From contig CAXHAT010000133.1 in the NCBI GenBank assembly GCA_964014485.1, positions 1 to 23,022 of the forward strand: a stretch of 23,022 nucleotides of DNA, given 5' to 3'. This document shows, piece after piece, positions 16,667 to 23,022 of this stretch (position 1 is its first letter; each line of letters starts with the position of its first letter). Under the pieces are notes generated by a model. It saw only the letters and a list, made by a program, of their open reading frames with translations. It did not search any database and was not told where the DNA came from. A program made the translations under genes and the position numbers. This DNA comes from an uncultured Deferribacteres bacterium. Lineage in GTDB: Bacteria; Zhuqueibacterota; Zhuqueibacteria; Zhuqueibacterales; Geothermadaptataceae.

Positions 16667-17698
16667 TCAAGCAAACCGTCCCTTCCACGACTCATCCACC
16701 TTCCGGCGTTCGGAGATGAGCATTTCGAGAATCAGGAAAGCCAGCGCGATGATGAGAAAGTACTGGAAACGGTCTTCATATTGCGAAAAACGAACGGCGC
16801 CGAGTTCTTTTTTTTCCATCTGTGAAATATCTTCGTAAATCAGCTTCAGCTCTTGCTCGGTTCCGCTGGCGCGATAGAATTTGCCGCCGGTGTTGAGTGC
16901 GATTTTGCGTAAGCTCAATTCGTCAAGTTTTGTCAAAACCACTTCGCCGCTTCGGTCTTTCTTGAATCCGGTTTGCCGTCCGGCGTTATCAAAAACGGGA
17001 ATCGGCACGCCCTCCGGCGAGCCAACGCCGACCGTATAAATGACGACCCCTTCCGTTTCGGCGCGTTCAACCAGCGGATCGAGTTCGCCGCCGTGATTTT
17101 CGCCGTCCGTCATCAAAATCAATACCTTGTGTTTGCGCTCCTCGGAAATGAAGGCGTTCATCGAAACTTCGAGCGCGCGGTCGATGGCGGTACCGGGTTC
17201 AGGAATAATGCCGGGTTCAAGGCTTTCCAAAAAAAGCCGCGCCGCGCCGTAATCCAGCGTCATCGGACAGTGCAAGAAAGCGTCTCCGGCGAACGCCACA
17301 ATACCGATCCGGTCGCCGCGTAGTTCTTTCAGCAGCGATGAGACCTCGTGCTTGGCCTTTTCTAACCGTGAGGGCGGCACATCCTTGGCGAACATCGAGA
17401 GCGACACATCCACAGCGACGACGATATCTACGCCTTCGCGCTGTACTTCTTCCAGCTTGGTGCCGATTTGCGGGCGCGCCAGTGCAAGGATAAAAAATGC
17501 AATCGAAGCCAACAAAAAACCGGCTTTCAAAATCTGCCGTCGCCGACTCACACCAAGCGTCAATTTTTGCAGAAGCTCAACGTTGCCAAAGCGCTCCATC
17601 GCCTTCGATTTCCAGCGGAACACGAAAACATAAAACGCGATTCCCACGGGAATCAAAAAGAGCAGGTAGAGAATATCCGGATTCGCAAATCTGACCAT
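16667..17698 (-). CDS. batB: BatB VWA domain protein
   Basis: MVRFANP N-terminus, ALARPQIG, MIDAS DVSLSM, PSRLEKAK, DRIGIVAFAG, TDGENH, YEDRFQYFL. Confidence 0.95.
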   Translation of the reverse strand: MVRFANPDILYLLFLIPVGIAFYVFVFRWKSKAMERFGNVELLQKLTLGVSRRRQILKAGFLLASIAFFILALARPQIGTKLEEVQREGVDIVVAVDVSLSMFAKDVPPSRLEKAKHEVSSLLKELRGDRIGIVAFAGDAFLHCPMTLDYGAARLFLESLEPGIIPEPGTAIDRALEVSMNAFISEERKHKVLILMTDGENHGGELDPLVERAETEGVVIYTVGVGSPEGVPIPVFDNAGRQTGFKKDRSGEVVLTKLDELSLRKIALNTGGKFYRASGTEQELKLIYEDISQMEKKELGAVRFSQYEDRFQYFLIIALAFLILEMLISERRKVDESWKGRFA

Positions 17699-17700
17699 GA

Positions 17701-18300
17701 TTAAGAGCTTTTCTGAATTCCTTTAAAATATTGATCGAGAAATTGTCGTAACGGGAGCATCGCCGGGTTTTCCAAATCCCAATGATCGATCTTGGAATAA
17801 TCGCGTTTTTTCTCCTTCGCGAAATCGTTCTCTCGTTTCGGCAGTAACGCTCCAAGATAGGCAAAAATCTTCGTCTTCATATCGGGGACGGTGTAACGCG
17901 GATTCTTTTTAAGGCAGCCTTGATAAGTGTCAAAACAATCGAAAATCATTTGATGCTGTGCGTTGATTATTTGGCAGAGCAGGTCTTCCAGTTCACCGGC
18001 GTTTTTGTTATCCGGGAACAAGAACAGCTCAAAATTCAGCTTCTCTTCCGCTTTACTTTTGAGAATCTCTTCGCGTCGATTTTTCGGCTCATCGTCCGCA
18101 TCGAAAATGACAAGATTGGTTCCGCCGCCGTCAGTATTTTCTGTAAACTTGTTTATGTACAACTTGAGCTTATCTTTTCATCCTGTTGCAATCAGATCAT
18201 ATTCCCGGCCAACAGCAAGGCCGTACTTAAATTGAATATAATCCGAAAGAAACTTTTTATCGGCGTCGCCTTCAACGAATAATCGGATTTTCCCCTGCAT
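17701..18300 (-). pseudogene. TOPRIM-like DUF3226-type protein interrupted by an in-frame TGA (codon 41)
   Basis: ATG at 18300 directly after the ATPase TAG: MQGKIRLFVEGDADKKFLSDYIQFKYGLAVGREYDLIATG*KDKLKLYINKF...; TGA at 18178-18180; the same frame continues into ORF 17701..18162 with IFDAD and GELEDLL motifs. Confidence 0.85.
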
Positions 18301-19395
18301 CTAACGAACTTCCACACCGTGTTCAAACAAATGTTCAATTTGTTGAAAATCATAAGGATACGCCTTAACAAGGTCTCTCCGGAGCTTGCGGATCGTGTAG
18401 CTGTGAACGTCGTCTTTAAAATCCCGAAAATCCGGCTGTGAAAGAACGTTTGTCAGATGCGCCAAAGCCTCGCTGCTGTGCGAGGTCGCGAAAACCTGCA
18501 CGGCATTCTCCTTCGCGGTGAGAAGAATGCTTTTCCACAATTCTTCGAGCGACGAATAATGAAAGCCGTTTTCGATTTCATCAATAAGAATAACGCTGTT
18601 TTTATTATAAACGATAGCGGTGAGAATAGATAACAACCTGACCGCGCCGTCTCCCAGGATATTCAGGGGTAAAAGTCGATCAAAGCTTTCTCCCAAATCG
18701 ACGTATATCATTCCGTTCGAACCCAGCGTAATGTCTTGTAAAAGCGGTTCGAGCTTCTGTAAAGGCTTCAGTAACCTTGTTTTAAGTTTTCTTTGAAGAA
18801 CCTTGTCTAATCTGTCAGGCAGCCCCACGTGCGCCGTGCCGGTAGAAAGAAAAACCGCGATCAATTCTTCTTTATAATTCTTTGATGGCTTGACCTTGAG
18901 TTCCCCGTTTTCGAAGGTTATTTCAAGTGAATAATCCTTCTGTGTTTTCCTGCCGTTCTTTCTGAGAGAAAACGCGAACTTCAATCCACTAACTAAATCT
19001 TGTTGTGTCGAGAGACCGAGATCAAATTTATTCACGCCGCCCTGTCGCACTTCCTGAATGTTTTTTTGAATATGAAGTGTTGTATCAAGAGGTGAGATAG
19101 ATACTGAACGCGTTAAACCCCCGGCAGTGTTCAGTTTCGCGGAAATTCGATTATTATAATCCAGTTTATAAAAAAAGAATCTGAAATCGTCTGCTTCAGA
19201 AAAAATAAGATTTCTGAGTTGGTTTAAGGCAAACAATATCTTGGGATTTGACATCCCCAACGTCAAAAAAAGCGCCTCCAGGATCGACGTTTTCCCGCAA
19301 TTGTTTTCGCCGTAAAACAAATTCAGCGGTCTAAAATCATCAATTTCGAGTGACTTGATCCCCCGAAAGTTGGTCACTTCCAATGAGCTTATCAT
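18301..19395 (-). CDS. ABC-type ATPase of the AAA_15/AAA_21 (AbiEii/OLD/AriA-like) group
   Basis: ISSLEVTNFRGIK, Walker A GENNCGKTSILEAL, signature LGDG, Walker B/D-loop ILIDEIENGFH, H-loop QVFATSHS, C-terminal EVR. Confidence 0.92.
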   Translation of the reverse strand: MISSLEVTNFRGIKSLEIDDFRPLNLFYGENNCGKTSILEALFLTLGMSNPKILFALNQLRNLIFSEADDFRFFFYKLDYNNRISAKLNTAGGLTRSVSISPLDTTLHIQKNIQEVRQGGVNKFDLGLSTQQDLVSGLKFAFSLRKNGRKTQKDYSLEITFENGELKVKPSKNYKEELIAVFLSTGTAHVGLPDRLDKVLQRKLKTRLLKPLQKLEPLLQDITLGSNGMIYVDLGESFDRLLPLNILGDGAVRLLSILTAIVYNKNSVILIDEIENGFHYSSLEELWKSILLTAKENAVQVFATSHSSEALAHLTNVLSQPDFRDFKDDVHSYTIRKLRRDLVKAYPYDFQQIEHLFEHGVEVR

Positions 19396-19444
19396 AGCGT
19401 CACACTTGTTGGGTTCACTACCTGACACTTTTTCCTGCTGTAAG

Positions 19445-19612
19445 TTTATGTCACCCCTTTCGGGGTTTCAGGGAAAGGATTTTCGCGCATTTTCTATAAT
19501 CATTCCACCCCTGTCGGGGTTCTTCTGCGAGAAAAACCCCGACAGGGGTGGAATGATTATAGAAAAAACCGAACCAAATCATCTCGATCAAACTCCGAAG
19601 GAGTGGTATAAA
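19445..19612. repeat. REPIN-like nested palindrome (four REP hairpins)
   Basis: Perfect 32-bp inverted repeat 19490-19521/19535-19566 plus outer degenerate pair 19445-19468/19590-19612; each unit has a CACCCC-N-GGGGTT hairpin. Confidence 0.9.
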
Positions 19613-19656
19613 AAGTGGCAGGTAGTGAATTGTTGGATTGGCTTTAAAGCTAAACC

Positions 19657-20649
19657 TCACGGAATCTTCCTAAACTTTGTATTCGATAGCACAATTTCCA
19701 GCAGCAATACCGCCAGCGCCGGCCACAACCATGAGACGAAAATTTCGCTGAATCGGGTGTATTCTTTCACCTCGATTTTCGTTTTTTCAAGCTGGTCGAT
19801 CTGCTCAAAAATACCGCGCAAGCTCTGCGCATCGGTGGCGCGGAAATACTGGCCGCTGGTGATGTCCGCGACTTCATTCAAAACGTCTTCATCGATGTCA
19901 ACCGGCATGCGCACGTAACGTTTGCCAAAAAACGGATCATCCACCGGGTAGAGCGCCTCGCCGTGCGTGCCAACGCCAACGGTGTAAACGCGCACGCCCA
20001 TCGCTTTCGCCACTTTCGCCGCCGTAACCGGATCGATCTCGCCGCGATTGCTGCGGCCGTCCGTGAGCAAAATCACCACCTTGCTCTTGGCCTCGCTTTC
20101 ACGCAAACGGTTGGTCGCGTTCGCAATCGCCAGGCCGATGGCCGTGCCGTCTTCGATCATGCCCACGTCGATGTCTTTCATAAATCCGAGCAGGATGCCG
20201 TAATCCAGCGTTAGCGGGCACTGGGTAAAACTTTTGGCGGCAAAAACGACCATGCCGATACGGTCATTATTGCGGCCCTTGATAAAATCCGCCGCCACGC
20301 CCTTTGCCGCCTGAATCCGATTTTTCGGTTTGAAATCTTCCGCGAGCATGCTGCTTGAAGTGTCGAGCGCCAGAATAATGTCCACGCCCTCAGTAATCAC
20401 TTCTTCCTCTGTATGCCCGCTCTGCGGACGCGCCAGTGCAAAGATGACGAGCGTCAAAACCAGGAGCCGCAGAAAGAAAAGTCCTTGTCGCAGACGCTGG
20501 CTCAAAGGCGCCTTCGTTGTTTGAAACAACCCAACGTTTGAGTAGCGCAACGTCGTAACGCGACGCTTCCTTTTCTTAAAATGCCAAAAAGCGATCAACG
20601 GAATGAAGGCGAGAAGAATGAGAAATTCCGGGTAAGCAAAACGCATCAT
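19657..20649 (-). CDS. batA: BatA VWA domain protein
   Basis: MRFAYP, ALARPQ, MIDAS DTSSSMLAEDFKPKNR, DGTAIGLAIANATNRL, SKVVILLTDG, GQYFRATD. Confidence 0.96.
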   Translation of the reverse strand: MMRFAYPEFLILLAFIPLIAFWHFKKRKRRVTTLRYSNVGLFQTTKAPLSQRLRQGLFFLRLLVLTLVIFALARPQSGHTEEEVITEGVDIILALDTSSSMLAEDFKPKNRIQAAKGVAADFIKGRNNDRIGMVVFAAKSFTQCPLTLDYGILLGFMKDIDVGMIEDGTAIGLAIANATNRLRESEAKSKVVILLTDGRSNRGEIDPVTAAKVAKAMGVRVYTVGVGTHGEALYPVDDPFFGKRYVRMPVDIDEDVLNEVADITSGQYFRATDAQSLRGIFEQIDQLEKTKIEVKEYTRFSEIFVSWLWPALAVLLLEIVLSNTKFRKIP

Positions 20650-21920
20650 CAGGCGGGAACTCCCTTTTCTTCGGTTTGTTTTTCAGGGTTCGGCGTTTCA
20701 AGCTCATTCTCATCAGACGATGCGTCATCGTGCGGCTGATTTTCAACGGGAGTCGCGACAGGCTTGGTCAAGTCGACCAGAGTAAACGCTTTTTGCATCA
20801 CCGTTTCCGCCTCTTCTTCCGCCGAATCATAGCGCGCGAATTTCGCCAAATCGCTTACGCTGAGCATTTCTTCAAGAATGTCCGAATGTTTCCGCAAAAC
20901 CGGTTCTTGCGCGAGCATGTCCATCACTTCGTAAGTCGTCAACTCCAACGCGGGAATGTGAAAACGTCGCGAAATATAAGTGCGGATGATTTCGGAGAGT
21001 CGCACAAAATATTCTTCCACCCTGCCGTCTGCAAAAAGCTTCTCTTCGCGCAATTTTGCCAACGCTTCAAACGCCAACTCGTGCGCCGGACGCGGCGGCG
21101 GAGGCGCTTTTTCAAACATGCCCTGACCACGCTTTTTCGCGCGATAATACCAAATCGCCAGCCCGATGAGCGTCAGCCCTAGCACAGCGAAAGCGATATA
21201 AAAACCTATAGTTATCCAGTCGCGCTCAATCACGGCTTGCGCTTTCAGGCCGCGCAGATCGCCTTCTTCGCTCGGCTTCACGGATTCGACATAGATTTCA
21301 ATCGGATCAGTCTGGATACGCTGACTGGCCGTGTCGCCTTCGACAAAATAATCGATAATGAGCGGCGGGATAATGAACGCGCCGGTGTCGAATGTTGAGA
21401 TCGAATATTTGACGACTTCTTCAATGCCGCTGTCCAATTTCAGCGGCTCTGCCAGGCTATAATCACGAATCTCAAAAGCGCCGAGATTGCTCCCTAACGA
21501 CGGCCACGAAATCTGCACTTTCTCGCCGTGCAAAACCTTGACGCGATATTCGATAACGTCGCCAATCTTGATCGTGCTTCTGTCAACTTCCGATGAAACG
21601 CTGAGGGCGGTTTCTTCTTGAGAAAAAGCGGGATTTGTTAAGAAGAAACATGCGCTTAAAAAAAGCCCCAAACGTAACGCAGACATCCTTGTCTGCGAGT
21701 TCTTGGAAGATCTTTGACACGCAGACAAGGATGTCTGCGCTACGCTGCCAGGCGACCACGCTTTCTCGTTACCACGCTTTGCGTGGTAATGCAGCCCCGG
21801 ACGCTTTGCGTCCATTTCTGGATTAGAAACTCTTTTTATATGAATCGACGCGAAGCGTCTAAGCCTGCATTCCAACGCAAAGCATTGGAACGAGAGAATC
21901 AAATCATTGAATCTTATCAT
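20649..21920 (-). CDS. Bat-operon membrane protein upstream of batA (BatD-like N-domain, TM helix, helical C-domain)
   Basis: VDRSTIKIGD, ISTFDTGAFIIPP, TM helix, PPPPRPAHELAFEAL, LSEIIRTYISRRF, ALELTT, DLAKFARY. TGATG overlap with batA. Start uncertain (21923, 21920 or 21686). Confidence 0.88.
   Translation of the reverse strand: MIRFNDLILSFQCFALECRLRRFASIHIKRVSNPEMDAKRPGLHYHAKRGNEKAWSPGSVAQTSLSACQRSSKNSQTRMSALRLGLFLSACFFLTNPAFSQEETALSVSSEVDRSTIKIGDVIEYRVKVLHGEKVQISWPSLGSNLGAFEIRDYSLAEPLKLDSGIEEVVKYSISTFDTGAFIIPPLIIDYFVEGDTASQRIQTDPIEIYVESVKPSEEGDLRGLKAQAVIERDWITIGFYIAFAVLGLTLIGLAIWYYRAKKRGQGMFEKAPPPPRPAHELAFEALAKLREEKLFADGRVEEYFVRLSEIIRTYISRRFHIPALELTTYEVMDMLAQEPVLRKHSDILEEMLSVSDLAKFARYDSAEEEAETVMQKAFTLVDLTKPVATPVENQPHDDASSDENELETPNPEKQTEEKGVPA
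21673..21744. repeat. GTAG-type REP doublet (REPIN)
   Basis: CGTAACGCAGACATCCTTGTCTGCG-N22-CGCAGACAAGGATGTCTGCGCTACG, 24/25 inverted; each arm is itself a hairpin. Confidence 0.9.
21764..21895. repeat. Second REPIN-like element (four ACGC-NNN-GCGT type hairpins)
   Basis: TCTCGTTACCACGCTTTGCGTGGTAATGCAG + GGACGCTTTGCGTCC ... GACGCGAAGCGTC + CTGCATTCCAACGCAAAGCATTGGAACGAGA. Confidence 0.88.
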
Positions 21921-22830
21921 CATAAACCTTGACATTTTCAGCGCGCATCATTCTGTCGATGAGTCTTTCGTAGGCGCGCTGTTGTTTGGCGCGGATGTAG
22001 TCTTGCGTCACTTGCGAGCGCACTTCTTCAAACGGCTGCGGATTTGAAACGCCGGTCGAATCGTCGCTCACGCTGTATTTTTCGATGTTGGCCTGGTAGT
22101 AAATCTCCAAATCTTCTTCCTCGTAGCCCGCGCTCTGCGCCAATTCTTCCTGCAAAAGCTTCTGCACCATCACGTTTTTCTTGGCGATAAACGCTGACTC
22201 GATCACTTCCTCGTTGCGATCCAGGCCTTTGCGTTTCGCGGTGTTGTAGAGCAAATCCGTCGCGATCATCTGCTTGAGAAATTCGACTTTCTGTGATCGA
22301 TCCTTGATTTGCGACATCATGAATGGCGGCAGTTGGCTCATCTCGTAATCGAGGTCGCCGGTGGTGATTTGGCGGTCGCCGATCTCCGCGATGATTTCAC
22401 CAGGACGTTTTTTTCGCACGGCGTCTTCGTTCAACGTCGTCGCTTCGTCCAATGCTTGCTTCGCGTCAGTGCTGCGCTGGAGACGTTCGAGACATTCGAT
22501 GATGCGTTTCTCAGACTCGTCGACAATGTCGCTCTCCGGGTGGAAGTGTTTGACGCGAATGTAGTAGGCCAGCGCGTTTTCATAGTCCTTCACGCGGTCA
22601 AAATAGATATTGCCGATGTTGAAACTGATGTTGGCCTGTTCTTCTGGCGGCAGCTTGTAATTGTTCAAATAACGGTCGTACTCGGCGATGCTCTGCTCGA
22701 ACAATTGCTGGTTGTACAATTCATTCGCCAGACTGCGAACCGCCTCGGCAGGCAAGCCGTGCGGCTCTTGCTGACAGCCCAAAGCGGCGAGTAATAAAAT
22801 TGGCGTGAGTTTAGAGAAACGCTTTTTCAT
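21904..22830 (-). CDS. Lipoprotein with TPR repeats fused to a PrsA/SurA-like chaperone domain
   Basis: Lipobox ALGC; TPRs (FNIGNIYFD...YENALAYY); IIAEIGDRQITTGDL...LLYNTAKRKGLD; PFEEVRSQV; VKVYDD. Confidence 0.85.
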   Translation of the reverse strand: MKKRFSKLTPILLLAALGCQQEPHGLPAEAVRSLANELYNQQLFEQSIAEYDRYLNNYKLPPEEQANISFNIGNIYFDRVKDYENALAYYIRVKHFHPESDIVDESEKRIIECLERLQRSTDAKQALDEATTLNEDAVRKKRPGEIIAEIGDRQITTGDLDYEMSQLPPFMMSQIKDRSQKVEFLKQMIATDLLYNTAKRKGLDRNEEVIESAFIAKKNVMVQKLLQEELAQSAGYEEEDLEIYYQANIEKYSVSDDSTGVSNPQPFEEVRSQVTQDYIRAKQQRAYERLIDRMMRAENVKVYDDKIQ

Positions 22831-22832
22831 GG

Positions 22833-23021
22833 TTATGCCGAATTATAATTGTGAAGTTTCCATTTTTCTAAATTGTTTAGAACAGCGGGGCCGAGATCAA
22901 TGTGCCTTCTTAAATGGAACAGGCAAAATGCCCAAAAACTACTTTTGTGATTGTTTTTGCAGTCTAGTTCACTACTGTCCCGGTGTTGTAAACTTCTGTT
23001 CTCCGTAAGCCTATTTATTTT
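22833..23021 (-). CDS. Possible 3' end of an AT-rich upstream gene (partial)
   Basis: Frame open for 62 codons from the window edge (KINRLTENRS...WKLHNYNSA*), with TAA 2 nt before the ATG at 22830. Confidence 0.45.
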   Translation of the reverse strand, partial: KINRLTENRSLQHRDSSELDCKNNHKSSFWAFCLFHLRRHIDLGPAVLNNLEKWKLHNYNSA

Positions 23022-23022
23022 A

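Noticed and set aside
18178..18180. Selenocysteine codon or alternative genetic code
   Set aside because: The context fits Gly or Trp rather than Cys, no convincing SECIS hairpin follows, and TGA terminates other genes here (batA, batB, batD).
19445..19612. Possible mini CRISPR array or integron attC site
   Set aside because: Units are inverted rather than direct, spacers are not regular, and no cas or integrase gene is present; it fits a REPIN.
19355..19918. 187-aa plus-strand ORF
   Set aside because: Overlaps batA, the REPIN and the ATPase start in antisense; no RBS or motif.

Overview
Bacterial genomic window from a diderm with a Bacteroidota/Calditrichota/KSB1-like gene content (taxonomy is inference). 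The left part (1-11 kb) holds mixed housekeeping and envelope genes: a Tat-exported Gfo/Idh/MocA oxidoreductase (partial), a MoxR-type AAA+ ATPase, a GNAT acetyltransferase, DUF1232, a 61-aa orphan, an S9 peptidase, an alpha/beta hydrolase whose nucleophile Ser is replaced by Ala, two lipoproteins, a FadL/OmpP1-type barrel and a TonB-family protein. The right part (11-23 kb) is a minus-strand bat operon: TPR/PrsA-like lipoprotein, BatD-like membrane protein, batA, batB, two batC-like genes, batD and batE. Two co-oriented cargo blocks interrupt it and abut the downstream bat gene within 1-2 nt. The first, between batA and batB, is an ABC-type ATPase plus a TOPRIM-like (DUF3226-like) gene carrying one in-frame TGA. 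The second, between batB and batC, is three antitoxin-like genes with no toxins plus an AT-rich single-TM beta-barrel gene resembling the Cap15/S-2TM-beta effector domain. Each block is preceded by a REP-like repeat. At least six unrelated palindromic or REP-like repeat types occur in the window. Three of them lie inside the open 5' reading frames of two operon genes, in or just before the signal-peptide region. All family assignments come from motif recognition, not database searches.
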